Origin: Gemmatimonadales bacterium
Lineage (GTDB): Bacteria > Gemmatimonadota > Gemmatimonadetes > Gemmatimonadales > GWC2-71-9
DNA length: 62,344 bases
Direction: 5' to 3'
NCBI GenBank assembly: GCA_035310725.1
Contig: DATGDT010000122.1
Coordinates: forward strand, 1 to 62,344
Shown: positions 17,676 through 27,212 of the stretch, in pieces
How positions within the stretch are numbered: position 1 is the first letter of the stretch
Layout of the letters: every line of letters begins with the position of its first letter
Notes under the pieces: generated by a model
The model's input: the letters and a program-made list of their open reading frames with translations, nothing else
What the model was told of the DNA's origin: nothing
The model's database searches: none
Program-made: the position numbers and the translations under genes

Positions 17676-19340
17676 TCAGTCGCCCGCCTCCAGCATCGGC
17701 AGCCGCAGCCCTTCTCGCCGGGCGGTGGCGATGGCCTCCGGGTACCCCGCGTCCGCATGGCGCACCACCCCGATGCCCGGATCGTTGGTGAGCACGCGCT
17801 CGAGCCGGCGCCGCGCGGCGGCCGTTCCGTCGGCGACCGTCACCTGCCCGGCGTGCAGCGAATTGCCGATGCCCACGCCCCCGCCATGATGGAAGGACAC
17901 CCAGGAGGCCCCGGAGGCGGTGTTGAGCAAGGCGTTCAGGATCGGCCAGTCGGCGATGGCATCCGACCCGTCGCGCATGCCTTCCGTCTCGCGGAACGGC
18001 GATGCCACGCTGCCCGTGTCCAGGTGGTCGCGTCCGATGACGATGGGCGCCGACAGCTCCCCGTGCGCCACCAGATCGTTCAGCGCGACCCCGAAGCGCG
18101 CACGCTCCCCCTGCCCCAGCCAGCAGATGCGGGCGGGCAGTCCCTGGAATGCCACCCGCTCCTGCGCCATGCGAATCCACCGCGCGAGGTGCTGGTTCTC
18201 GGGAAACAGCTCCAGCACGAGGCGGTCGGTGCGCCGCAGATCCGCCGGGTCGCCCGACAGCGCCACCCAGCGGAACGGTCCCTTCCCCTCGCAGAACAGC
18301 GGCCGGATGTATTCCGGAACGAACCCCGGGATCTCGAACGCGTCGCCGACGCCCGCGTCGGCGGCCACCGTCCGGATGTTGTTCCCGTAGTCGAACGCGA
18401 CGGCGCCGGCGCGCTGCAGCGCGAGCATGGCGCGCACGTGCGACGCGATGCTCTGCTCGGCACGGCGGATGTACTCGGCGGGATCGGCCGTGCGCAGCGC
18501 CAGCGCGGCGGCGAGCGGGAGTCCTGCCGGGACGTAACCGTGCAGTGTGTCGTGCGCCGACGTTTGGTCGGTGACGACATCGGGGGCGAACCCCCGACGG
18601 ACGAGCTCGGGGAGCACCTCCGCGCAGTTGCCGGTCAGACCGACGGACAGGGGGGTCCGGCTGCGCCGTGCGCCCTCGCACCACTCGAGCGCTTCCTCCA
18701 GCGACGCCGTCGCCTTGTCCAGATAGCGCGTCTCCAGGCGGCGCTGCACGCGAGCGGGATCGACCTCGACCGCCAGGCACACGCCGTCGTTCATCGTCGC
18801 GGCGAGCGGCTGGGCCCCTCCCATGCCGCCCAACCCGCCCGTCAGGACGACGCGGCCGGCGAGGCTGTCGCCGAAGTGCCGGCGCGCGACCGCGCCGAAG
18901 GTTTCGTAGGTGCCCTGCAGGATGCCCTGCGTCCCGATGTAGATCCACGACCCCGCGGTCATCTGGCCGTACATCAGGAGGCCGCGTCGCTCGAGATCGC
19001 GGAACACGTCCCAGGTCGCCCACCGACCGACGAGATTGGCGTTCGCGATCAGCACCCGGGGGGCGCCGGGGTGCGTGGCGAACACGCCCACCGGCTTTCC
19101 CGACTGGACGAGCAGGGTCTCGTCGTCTTCGAGCGTACGCAGCGTCCGTACGATGGCGTCGAAGGCCTCCCAGCTGCGCACCGCCCGCCCGGTGCCACCG
19201 TAGACGACCAGGTCATCGGGGCGTTCGGCCACTTCCGCGTCGAGATTGTTCATGAGCATGCGCAGGGCGGCCTCCTGCACCCACCCGCGGCAGGACCGCT
19301 CGCTGCCCCGTGGCGCCCGGACCGCGCGCGCGCCGCTCAT
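17676..19340 (-). CDS. hutU: Urocanate hydratase
   Basis: 554 aa. [27 protein letters not shown]...[10 protein letters not shown]...HHGGGVGIG are characteristic. Confidence 0.97.
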   Translation of the reverse strand: MSGARAVRAPRGSERSCRGWVQEAALRMLMNNLDAEVAERPDDLVVYGGTGRAVRSWEAFDAIVRTLRTLEDDETLLVQSGKPVGVFATHPGAPRVLIANANLVGRWATWDVFRDLERRGLLMYGQMTAGSWIYIGTQGILQGTYETFGAVARRHFGDSLAGRVVLTGGLGGMGGAQPLAATMNDGVCLAVEVDPARVQRRLETRYLDKATASLEEALEWCEGARRSRTPLSVGLTGNCAEVLPELVRRGFAPDVVTDQTSAHDTLHGYVPAGLPLAAALALRTADPAEYIRRAEQSIASHVRAMLALQRAGAVAFDYGNNIRTVAADAGVGDAFEIPGFVPEYIRPLFCEGKGPFRWVALSGDPADLRRTDRLVLELFPENQHLARWIRMAQERVAFQGLPARICWLGQGERARFGVALNDLVAHGELSAPIVIGRDHLDTGSVASPFRETEGMRDGSDAIADWPILNALLNTASGASWVSFHHGGGVGIGNSLHAGQVTVADGTAAARRRLERVLTNDPGIGVVRHADAGYPEAIATARREGLRLPMLEAGD

Positions 19341-20830
19341 TCCGCACCCTCGGCGACGAGATCGAACGCCGCCGCACGAATGCCTGCGGCCACCCGCTCG
19401 ATTTCCTCCCCCATGGGTCGATCGGCGTCGAGCGGCGGCACCAGCTCACGCACGGCCGCGTGCAGCCGCGCGACACCCCGTCCGGGGCGCAAGGGCTTCA
19501 GAAATTCCAGGCCCTGCGCCCCCGCCAGCAGCTCGATGGCGACGATGCGCGCCGCGTTGGCGAAGATACGCTGCGCCTTCCACGCGGCGGTCATCCCCAT
19601 GGGCACGATGTCTTCTTGATTGCCTTCGGTGGGCACGGACTGCACGCTCGCCGGCGTGGCGAGCACCCGGGAGTCCGCGACCAGGGCCGCCGCGGCGATC
19701 TGCGCCGTCATGAATCCGGAATCGAGGCCCGGGTGGTGCGCGAGAAACGCCGGCAGCCCCGATGACAGATCGGGGTTCACCACACGCTCCAGCCGGCGCT
19801 CGGCCAGCCCCGCGAGAGTCGCTAGCACGATGCCGAGCACGTCCAGCGCCAGAGCGATCGGCTGGCCGTGGAAGTTGCCGCCGGAGAGCACGTCCGGGCC
19901 GAACACCAGCGGATTGTCGGTCGCCGCGTTCAATTCCGTCGCGACGAGCCGCTCGGCGAACGCCACCCCTTCGCCGACGGCGCCCAACACCTGCGGCGTG
20001 CAGCGCAGCGAGTACGCATCCTGCACCCGCGGGTCGTCGTGGCGGTGCGATTCCCGGATCTCGCTGTCGGCCAGCAGGGCCCGGAGGAGCGCGGCCGAGC
20101 GCTGTTGCCAGGGGTGCGGACGCACGTCGTGGATCCGGGCGTCGAAGGGCACGGGGGTGCCGCGTACCGCTTCCAGACTCATCGCGGCCGCGCCGTGCGC
20201 GGTGCGCCACAGGACCCACGCGTCGTGCACGAGCAGCGCCGCCAGCCCGGTCTGGGCCTGGGTCCCGTTGACGAACGCGATGCCTTCCTTCGCCTCGAGC
20301 GTGACCGGTTGGATGCCCGCGGCGGCGAGCCGCGCGCCGTCCGGGCCTTCCCCGATGAGGGCCAGCGCGAGGTGGGACAGCGGCGCCAGGTCACCGGAGG
20401 CACCCACGCTGCCCTGGGACGGGACCGTGGGATGGATGCCCGCGTTGAGCATCGCCACCAGCGTATCGGGAAGCACCGCCCGCACGCCGCTCGTCCCCAT
20501 GAGGAGCACATTGGCGCGCAACAGCATCATCGCGCGCACCGCGTCCGGCGGCAGCGGGTCGCCCACACCGGAGGCGTGACTGCGAATCAGATTGAGCTGC
20601 AGCGCGCGCAGTTGTTCCGGGGGGATGCGGACGTGGGCGAGCTTGCCGAATCCGGTGTTGACGCCGTAGATCGTCTCGCCGCGCGCCAGCGCCGCCTCGA
20701 TGCCGGCGCGCGAGCGCTCGACCCGCGCCCGGGTGTCGGGCGCCACGGCTACCCGGGCGGCGTGCCGCGCAACAGCGACGACGTCGCCGATGGACAAGGA
20801 ATGACCGTCGAGCGTGACCGTGGGGGCCAT
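19337..20830 (-). CDS. hutH: Histidine ammonia-lyase
   Basis: The MIO-forming motif is [17 protein letters not shown] prefer the ATG 20830 start ([17 protein letters not shown]); the track ORF starts at TTG 20869. There is an ATGA overlap with hutU. Confidence 0.95.
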   Translation of the reverse strand: MAPTVTLDGHSLSIGDVVAVARHAARVAVAPDTRARVERSRAGIEAALARGETIYGVNTGFGKLAHVRIPPEQLRALQLNLIRSHASGVGDPLPPDAVRAMMLLRANVLLMGTSGVRAVLPDTLVAMLNAGIHPTVPSQGSVGASGDLAPLSHLALALIGEGPDGARLAAAGIQPVTLEAKEGIAFVNGTQAQTGLAALLVHDAWVLWRTAHGAAAMSLEAVRGTPVPFDARIHDVRPHPWQQRSAALLRALLADSEIRESHRHDDPRVQDAYSLRCTPQVLGAVGEGVAFAERLVATELNAATDNPLVFGPDVLSGGNFHGQPIALALDVLGIVLATLAGLAERRLERVVNPDLSSGLPAFLAHHPGLDSGFMTAQIAAAALVADSRVLATPASVQSVPTEGNQEDIVPMGMTAAWKAQRIFANAARIVAIELLAGAQGLEFLKPLRPGRGVARLHAAVRELVPPLDADRPMGEEIERVAAGIRAAAFDLVAEGAE

Positions 20831-20878
20831 CGGTGGCAGGAAGGTAGGCGCGGGCGGCGGGGACGCCAAGTAGCACGT

Positions 20879-20919
20879 GAAGGGCCGGCGATGCGTGTCT
20901 TCCGCACCGCCGGCCCTTC
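20879..20919 (-). terminator. 12-bp GC-rich hairpin between the lipoprotein gene and hutH
   Basis: gaagggccggcg (20879-20890) pairs perfectly with cgccggcccttc (20908-20919), with a 17-nt loop. It lies 29 nt after the stop at 20948. There is no U tract. Confidence 0.45.
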
Positions 20920-20947
20920 ATGCTGCAGCAGCTGTCACGGTGCCAAA

Positions 20948-22129
20948 CTACCGCGCCCCAGGCACCTCGATCCCGGTCTCCGCCGCGGTGGGCAGATTGG
21001 CGTGCACCACGAGCTCCGGATTCCCCGGATCGGTCTGGAGGCTCCAGTCGAAGATGAGATAGTGACGCCCCACATGAGTGACCCGCAGCGCCCCGTAGTG
21101 GAGCACGCTGCCATCGACGATCTGGAACACATAGCCGAAGCCCGGAGCGGCCTGAATCATGTTGCGGGAATAGCCGCTCGCCGGCGCGAAATCGATGTCG
21201 GTCAGGTCCGCCAGTGGCGTGTTGGCGTACAGCCGCATGGACGTGCCGCTGAACTCGGGAACGATCCACAGACTGGAATCGGCCGGATCCCGGTGCACCC
21301 AGAAATCGATGTCGGTGCGGTTGCCGTCCTGCACCAGACCGAGCTCGGCCGGCTGCGCCACACCGTCCTGGTTCACGTCGTCCCAGAACCGGAACCCGGC
21401 CTGCGCGCTGTTCTCCTCGAAGGCATAGGCCAGCAGGTTGCGAGCGTCCGGACGGGGCGTGTCCTGCCGCAGCGGCGACCACAGGCTCTCGTAGCCTTCC
21501 ACGCTGATGGCCGAGACGCCGAAGCAACGCGGGACGCCGTTCGTGAGCGCCGCCGAGACGAACTCGGGCGACACCGTCGTCCCTTCCAGTGCCCAGTCGG
21601 TCCCGCACAGTCCCTGATCGAGGTCGTAGGATGCGCTATAGACCCGGTACCACAGGAAGCGCTGCGGATCGGCGTTGAAGGCGTTGTCGGTCCACGCGAG
21701 GTAGATCGCGCCGTTGAGCGAAATCGACGTCAGGCTGGCAGGAGACTCGAGCTGCAGGCGCTCGTCCACCGTGATGGGATTGCTCGGATCGCTCTCCACT
21801 CCGTTCAGGTCCACAGCGGTGACGTAGTACTGGAGATGCGGCACGCCGTTGTCGTGGAACGTGTTGGAGGTCGTTTCCCCGCGCAGGCCGTAGGCACCGC
21901 CCGTGCTGCCGCGCGAATAGATGCGGTAGCTCGCCAACGACGAGGAGTTGATGTCGTCCCACCGCAGCAGGATCCCCGCCGGCAAATCGGGATCCCCGCT
22001 GGGGTCGAGGGCGTAGGTCAGATTCGCCGGGGGGTCGAGCAGCGGCGAATTGTTGACCAGGTTGTTGGTGTCGCAGCCGACGAGCGTCACAGATGCCGCG
22101 AGCAGGATGACGAACGATCGAGCGGACAT
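20948..22129 (-). CDS. Predicted lipoprotein with two FN3-like modules and an uncharacterised C-terminal domain
   Basis: Start chosen at MSARSFVILLAASVTLVGC (lipobox LVGC). Two repeats have FN3-like patterns (PPANLTY...YRIYSRG...YYVTAVDLNGVESDPS and PASLTSISL...YRVYSAS...FGVSAISVEGYESLWS). I recognise no homology for the last ~170 aa. Confidence 0.65.
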   Translation of the reverse strand: MSARSFVILLAASVTLVGCDTNNLVNNSPLLDPPANLTYALDPSGDPDLPAGILLRWDDINSSSLASYRIYSRGSTGGAYGLRGETTSNTFHDNGVPHLQYYVTAVDLNGVESDPSNPITVDERLQLESPASLTSISLNGAIYLAWTDNAFNADPQRFLWYRVYSASYDLDQGLCGTDWALEGTTVSPEFVSAALTNGVPRCFGVSAISVEGYESLWSPLRQDTPRPDARNLLAYAFEENSAQAGFRFWDDVNQDGVAQPAELGLVQDGNRTDIDFWVHRDPADSSLWIVPEFSGTSMRLYANTPLADLTDIDFAPASGYSRNMIQAAPGFGYVFQIVDGSVLHYGALRVTHVGRHYLIFDWSLQTDPGNPELVVHANLPTAAETGIEVPGAR

Positions 22130-22262
22130 AACGCCCTCTTCGAGTGTGGTGGTCGTCATCCCACGAGGGCAGACCACGTGCCGGATGGCAACTGACAGTG
22201 GGTGAAGGAGATGCAGGGCGTGAGCGAGGGGGAAATGTCCCCCGGGGAGGACAGCACAACGT

Positions 22263-25200
22263 CTACTGAGGCCGCAGGTAGCTCTGCTGGTCGTAGTCGA
22301 ACTTGATGTCGGGCTCGTCCAGCAAGGCCACGTAGAAGTTGAACGCGAAGTTCCCGGTGGCCGCGCGGCTGAAGGCGAAACTGGCGTGCCAGCGGTGCAG
22401 GTCCCGCTCGAGCACCACGTAGTGCTGGCCGAACTGCCGCGTCTCGAAGTCGTAGTTGGTATTCCAGGACGCTTTCCAGTTCGCCGTGGGGCTGAACCCC
22501 ATGGCGAGCGTCATCTGCTGCCGGCCGCCCTTCGCCGCCGTCGGGTCGCGGGTGCTCTGCGAGGAGAACTGCACGTTGAGGTTGAAGCCGCGTCCTCCAC
22601 CGCCGGCGGCGCCGCGGAAGTTTCCCAGCCCGCCGAATGCTCGCGGCCCTGGCCCGACAGTCGGCGTCCCCTGCCCGGGCTGAGGCTGACCCTGCGCCGG
22701 TCCCGGGCCGGCGCCGGGTTCGGGATGGTGGCCGAGGCCGAAGAACCCACCGATCGCCGCCAGCGTGCGCGGGCTGACCGAGAAGGACGCCGACAGGCTC
22801 TGGAGGAAGGGCGAGAACGTGCTGGTCGAAAGCCCCGCCTGTCCACTCTTCCCGTCCGGACCCTTCCAGAGGTCGTGCGTGACCTGGAGGTTGAACCCCG
22901 GCAGCAGATCGGACGCGAACGTGTTGGTGAGGGTCTGGGTTTGCCAGCCCACGCGCCCCGGCTGTTTCGCCTGCTCGAAGTTGTAGGACACCCCCGAAGT
23001 CGAAATGCTGAGCAGCCGGATCTTGCGGGGGACGCTCGAGGTATCGCCCGCCGGCGGCTTGATCTTGGCCTCGAAGTTCTGCTGCAGCCCAAGGGTGATG
23101 GTCTGCTGGGGATCGCTGCCGGCATTGAGCAACCGCCTGCCCGACGGATCCAGCGCGTGTGCGAACACCGAGTCCACCTTGGCACCGGGCGCGTATTGGT
23201 AGCTCACGATAGGGGAGATCGAGTGCCGGATCCTCGAGAGCGGCCCGACCCCCGGGAAGAACCCGAAGAAGGTCGGCGCGAGACCGAGCGTGAATTGCAG
23301 CCGCTTGCCCTGCTGGAGGAACCGTCCCCCGGTGAACTGGTTGCGCAACATGAAGGGGCCGGCGCTCGTCTTGTTCACGATGCCGATTCCCGGTTGCAGT
23401 CGCCAGGTACCGCTGAAGAGCTGCGGCAGATTGATGCCGGTCGACCAATCCACCCGCGTGTCGAACGAGCGGGCGTACACCACGGTGTGCAGCACCGAAG
23501 AGTCGGTCGGATCGGGCACGGTGAAGGAGAGCGGTTGCCCGGTCCGGTTGTCCACGATCGAGAAGCTGTTGGTCCAGTTCCAGCGTCCGAGGCGCAACGG
23601 CGTCCCGATCGAGATGGTCGTGGATCGGTTGTCGAAGGTGGGAATCGTATCCGGCACTCCCGGAGCGTGGGCAAACGGTGTCCCAGGATTGTGGAACGTC
23701 TGCGTGTTGGTGAAGCTGAACGATGGCGACCAGGTGAGCCACGAAGCGAGGTCGATCGGCGCCGGCGTGACCGACACGCGGGGCAGATTCTGCTGCACCA
23801 GCTTGTTCGACAGGTTTTGCGAGAGGTTCCCGCCGAGGTTGAGCGTCCCCCAGGCGAATCGCTTGTCGAAGTTCGCCTGGGAGCTGAGCTGGGCGGTCGT
23901 CAGGAACGGATCGATCGTGTTGCGCTGCACCACTTGGGCGCTGGTCGCGTAGTTCACGCTGGCGGCGAAGCGCGTCCGGTTGTTGAAGCTCTGCGTGTGG
24001 TACCAGGTGATCTGGTTCGAGTGCGCCGGCCTGTCGAGCTGCGTCAGGCGTGAGTACGAGAGACTGCCGTTCACAAAGCGATCCAGCCAGCGGTAGTGCA
24101 GCTGCCCGTTGGCCGAGAAGCTCGTCCCCGAGAACCAGTCAGCCGAGGCGAGGACATCGACGTAGTCGTTCAGGACGAAGTAGTACCCGATGTTGGACAC
24201 GTGCCGTCGGTATCCCCGGGTGGGTCGCACCAGGTCGTTGAGTCCGAAGCGGGGCACCAGCATGCCGCTGCGGCGGCCCGGCCGGATGTCCTGGAAGATG
24301 AACGGCAGCCAGAGAATCGGGACGTCGCGCACGTACAGCACCGCCGGCCGCGCCACCATGACGTTCTTGTTGAGCCATTTCACTTCCCCGGCGGCGAAAT
24401 GGTATCCGGGGACGGGGCGCTCGTCCGAGGTGATGTCGCTGCCGGCCCCGTACAGCCGCGTCGAGCCCGAATCCACCGCCATGTTGCCCCGCATGAACCA
24501 GGTGGCGCCGCCCTGCTGAAAGTCGGTGAGCGCCTCGGTGACCGTGCCGCGCCGGATGCAGGTGTCGTAGCTCATCCCTCTCCCGACGAGCACGGTCGGC
24601 GGCGAGGTCGGCGTCGCCTCCTCGAACAGGCGCGGGAAGCCGCTCGCATCGAGCCGGCAGCTCGCCTCGCGGTAGTGCACGGAGTCGGCCTCGAGCTTGG
24701 TCCCTTCCCGGTCCACGAGGGCTTCGCCGACGAGCACGATGGTCTGGCTGTCCCCCAACACCAGCAGGGTATCGGAGACGTAGTGCGTGATCCGGAATCC
24801 CGAGAACTTGAGCAGCGAGTCCATCACGGCATCGGCCGCCGGGAAGGTCCGCGTCGGCCCGGTCGGCAGGCCGAGCCGGCGGGCGGTCGCGGTGTCGAGG
24901 GGCCGGCCGGCCACCGCCGCCGAGTCCACACGGCGGGTCGTGTCGCGTCGCACCGGCTGTTGGGCCGCGAGGTGCCGCCCGGGCAGGAGGAGCGCGACGA
25001 CGAGCGCGGCCACCGCCGCCCTCGCCCGGCTCGCGGCCCGGGCTTTCCGCCGGAGCACGACCCAGGCACACCAGATGCCGATCTCGTAGAACAGCATCAG
25101 GACGATGATCCCGATGACCATCGACAACGCGTCCGGCGGAGCGAGGAACGCGGCCAGGGCGGCCGCACCCAGGAGCGCGAAGCGACGGTTCTTCCGGAGA

Positions 25201-25775
25201 CCCGTCGGGGTCACGAGACCGAGTGCGGCGAGGATGATAATGACCAGGGGGAGCTCGGTCGTGCATCCGACGGCCACGATGACCTGGGCCGCGAAGGTGA
25301 AATAGCGGTCGGCCGTGATGATCGGCTGCAGCGACTGATTCTGGAACCCCAGGAGAAAATTGAGCGCATGGGGCAGCGCCAGCAGGTAACCCGCCGCGGC
25401 GCCGCCGAGGAACAGGAGCACGCCCGAGACCAGCGCCGGCACGACGAGGCGCTTTTCCCGCTCATACAGCGCGGGCGCGAGGAACGCCCAGATCTGAAAC
25501 ACGGTGTACGGCGACGTCAGCACGATGCCGACGATGAACGCGAACTTCAACGTGATGAAGAAGGGATCGGTCGGACTGGTGAAGTTGAGCCGCCCCCCGG
25601 GCAGGTGAGGCGCGATGGGGCGCATCAGGAGCCCGATGACGTCCACACGCTCGACCACGAACCACCCGATCACGGTCCCCAGCACCACGGCCAGCAGAAT
25701 CTTGAGCAAACGCCAACGCAGCTCCTCGAGGTGATCGAGGAACGGCATTTCGCCGCGGGAAGAAGCGTCGGCCAC
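22263..25775 (-). CDS. tatC: Fusion ORF: complete TatC (aa ~1-245) followed by a signal-peptide-like segment and an LptD/OstA-like outer-membrane protein (aa ~270-1170)
   Basis: TatC part: PFLDHLEELRWRLL, WAFLAPALYEREKRLVVP, FLAPPDALS, and six hydrophobic helices. Junction: VVLRRKARAASRARAAVAALVVALLLPGRHLAAQQ. LptD-like part: an OstA-like N-domain (IVLVGEALVDREGTKLEADSVHY) and GMLVPRFGLN...NIGYYFVLNDYVDV. There is no in-frame stop anywhere, and an in-frame GTG sits at 25058. Confidence 0.8.
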   Translation of the reverse strand: MADASSRGEMPFLDHLEELRWRLLKILLAVVLGTVIGWFVVERVDVIGLLMRPIAPHLPGGRLNFTSPTDPFFITLKFAFIVGIVLTSPYTVFQIWAFLAPALYEREKRLVVPALVSGVLLFLGGAAAGYLLALPHALNFLLGFQNQSLQPIITADRYFTFAAQVIVAVGCTTELPLVIIILAALGLVTPTGLRKNRRFALLGAAALAAFLAPPDALSMVIGIIVLMLFYEIGIWCAWVVLRRKARAASRARAAVAALVVALLLPGRHLAAQQPVRRDTTRRVDSAAVAGRPLDTATARRLGLPTGPTRTFPAADAVMDSLLKFSGFRITHYVSDTLLVLGDSQTIVLVGEALVDREGTKLEADSVHYREASCRLDASGFPRLFEEATPTSPPTVLVGRGMSYDTCIRRGTVTEALTDFQQGGATWFMRGNMAVDSGSTRLYGAGSDITSDERPVPGYHFAAGEVKWLNKNVMVARPAVLYVRDVPILWLPFIFQDIRPGRRSGMLVPRFGLNDLVRPTRGYRRHVSNIGYYFVLNDYVDVLASADWFSGTSFSANGQLHYRWLDRFVNGSLSYSRLTQLDRPAHSNQITWYHTQSFNNRTRFAASVNYATSAQVVQRNTIDPFLTTAQLSSQANFDKRFAWGTLNLGGNLSQNLSNKLVQQNLPRVSVTPAPIDLASWLTWSPSFSFTNTQTFHNPGTPFAHAPGVPDTIPTFDNRSTTISIGTPLRLGRWNWTNSFSIVDNRTGQPLSFTVPDPTDSSVLHTVVYARSFDTRVDWSTGINLPQLFSGTWRLQPGIGIVNKTSAGPFMLRNQFTGGRFLQQGKRLQFTLGLAPTFFGFFPGVGPLSRIRHSISPIVSYQYAPGAKVDSVFAHALDPSGRRLLNAGSDPQQTITLGLQQNFEAKIKPPAGDTSSVPRKIRLLSISTSGVSYNFEQAKQPGRVGWQTQTLTNTFASDLLPGFNLQVTHDLWKGPDGKSGQAGLSTSTFSPFLQSLSASFSVSPRTLAAIGGFFGLGHHPEPGAGPGPAQGQPQPGQGTPTVGPGPRAFGGLGNFRGAAGGGGRGFNLNVQFSSQSTRDPTAAKGGRQQMTLAMGFSPTANWKASWNTNYDFETRQFGQHYVVLERDLHRWHASFAFSRAATGNFAFNFYVALLDEPDIKFDYDQQSYLRPQ

Positions 25776-25786
25776 GGGGAGTGGGG

Positions 25787-26578
25787 CTAACGCCCCAGGG
25801 TTTGCAGCTTGTCGCGCGCGAGGTTGGCTTCGTCGGAGCGGGGGTATCCGGCGAGGACGCGCGCATAGAAGGTGCGTGCGGCGGCCTTGTCACCCCGTTG
25901 CTCGGCGAGGAGGCCCAGCTTGTACAGAGCCGAGGGCGCCCGCGGCGAATTGGGATAGCGCTTCACGACTTCCTGGTACACCGCGGCGGCGGAATCGGGA
26001 TTCTCGGCGGCGAACGACTCCCCGATGTAATAGAAGGCGTCCGGTGCGTGCTCGTCGTCCGGATACAGGCGGAGGAATTCCCGGAAACCGAGCCGTGCCG
26101 TCGTGAAACTCCCCCGCCGGTATTGCTGCAGCGTCAGATCGTACATCTGACCCGCACCGGGCCCGCTGGCGGCCGGCGCCGCCGCCGCCGGAGGCTGGAC
26201 CGCCCCGGTGGTATCGACCGGCGCCGGCGCGGGCGCGGGGGCCGGCGTCGCCAGCCGGCTGCGGAGCTCGGACAGCCGCTGCTGGCTCTGTCCAGTCAGC
26301 TCCTGCAGCGACCCGAGCTGCTGCTGTACCGCCTGCAGGTCACTGCGGATATCCCCCCGGATCTGCACGAGCGCGTTCTGCTCGGCCGCCAGGGTCGCCT
26401 GCACCGACGCGAGCACGCGGGCGAGGGAGTCCCGCTCCACGCGTCGCAGGCTGTCGCCGCGCGTCAGCTCGCTCCGCAGCGCCTCGACCTGGAGCTCCAC
26501 CTTCCGGACGTCACCCCGCAGGGCGCATCCGGCCAGGAGTCCCAGGCCGAGGAGCCACGGCGCGCGGGTACGCGTCAC
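25787..26578 (-). CDS. cpoB: Tol-Pal system protein CpoB/YbgF
   Basis: 263 aa. It has a lipobox-like N-terminus (LLGLGLLAGC), a coiled-coil region, a PAPAPAPAP linker, and a C-terminal TPR region (DAFYYIGESF...YPNSPRAPSALYKLG). Confidence 0.85.
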   Translation of the reverse strand: MTRTRAPWLLGLGLLAGCALRGDVRKVELQVEALRSELTRGDSLRRVERDSLARVLASVQATLAAEQNALVQIRGDIRSDLQAVQQQLGSLQELTGQSQQRLSELRSRLATPAPAPAPAPVDTTGAVQPPAAAAPAASGPGAGQMYDLTLQQYRRGSFTTARLGFREFLRLYPDDEHAPDAFYYIGESFAAENPDSAAAVYQEVVKRYPNSPRAPSALYKLGLLAEQRGDKAAARTFYARVLAGYPRSDEANLARDKLQTLGR

Positions 26579-26581
26579 GCC

Positions 26582-27193
26582 TTACGGCCTCCGCAGCATG
26601 TCCCCGCCGCTGAGAATCTCGAACTCATCGCGGCGGTTCTGGGCCCAGGAATCCTCGTCATGCCCCATGGCGACGGGGCGCTCTTCCCCGTAGGACGCGG
26701 TTTCGATCCGGCTGGCGTCGACCCCGTGGCTCACCAAGTAGTTCTTGGCGGCGGTGGAGCGGCGGTTCCCGAGCGCGAGGTTGTACTCATCGGAGCCCCG
26801 TTCGTCGCAATGGCCGTTGATGCGGATGCGCAGTTCGGGGTTTGCGTTCAGGATGGCGACCTTCTGGTCCAGCATCCCTGCGTCATCGGGCCGGATGTTT
26901 GACTTGTCGAAATCGAAGTGAATCATGGCGGCCAGCGTATTGCGCACCTCGGCTGCCGCCGCGGCGACCGCGGCCGCGGAATCCGCCGCGCGCTGCCGGG
27001 CGAGGCGCTCCGCTTCCTCCTGTGCGCGCCGCGCGGAATCGGCGGCGATCGAATCGGCGCGCGCACGCTCGGCCGCGGCGATCGAATCGGCGTTCGCCTG
27101 GGGCGCGGGAGCCACCTCGGGTTCCTTCTTCGCGCAGGCGGCGACGAGCGCCACGCCGAACCCCATCAGGACCAGCGAGTGGACGCGTTTCAT
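26582..27193 (-). CDS. pal: Peptidoglycan-associated lipoprotein Pal (OmpA family)
   Basis: Start chosen at MKRVHSLVLMGFGVALVAAC (lipobox). OmpA-like C-terminus: IHFDFDKSNIRPD...GHCDERGSDEYNLALGNRRS...NRRDEFEI. Confidence 0.92.
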   Translation of the reverse strand: MKRVHSLVLMGFGVALVAACAKKEPEVAPAPQANADSIAAAERARADSIAADSARRAQEEAERLARQRAADSAAAVAAAAAEVRNTLAAMIHFDFDKSNIRPDDAGMLDQKVAILNANPELRIRINGHCDERGSDEYNLALGNRRSTAAKNYLVSHGVDASRIETASYGEERPVAMGHDEDSWAQNRRDEFEILSGGDMLRRP

Positions 27194-27212
27194 GGTGCCA
27201 TGTTCTCCCGTT

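Noticed and set aside
16405-19023. An 872-aa minus-strand ORF spanning hutI and most of hutU
   Set aside because: Only the last ~421 codons show imidazolonepropionase motifs. The upstream part is an Arg/Gly-rich frame overlapping the genuine hutU frame.
22228-22243. A small hairpin (ggggga-aatg-tccccc) after the tatC-lptD stop, considered as a terminator
   Set aside because: The stem is only 6 bp and there is no U tract. That is too weak to call, and the downstream lipoprotein gene may be co-transcribed.
25040-25075. The RR pair at the TatC/LptD-like junction (LRRKARAAS) as a possible twin-arginine (Tat) signal, which would make a self-referential Tat substrate
   Set aside because: It does not match the S/T-R-R-x-F-L-K consensus. 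The segment looks like an ordinary basic n-region of a Sec signal or a stop-transfer flank. This stays speculative, so I did not promote it.
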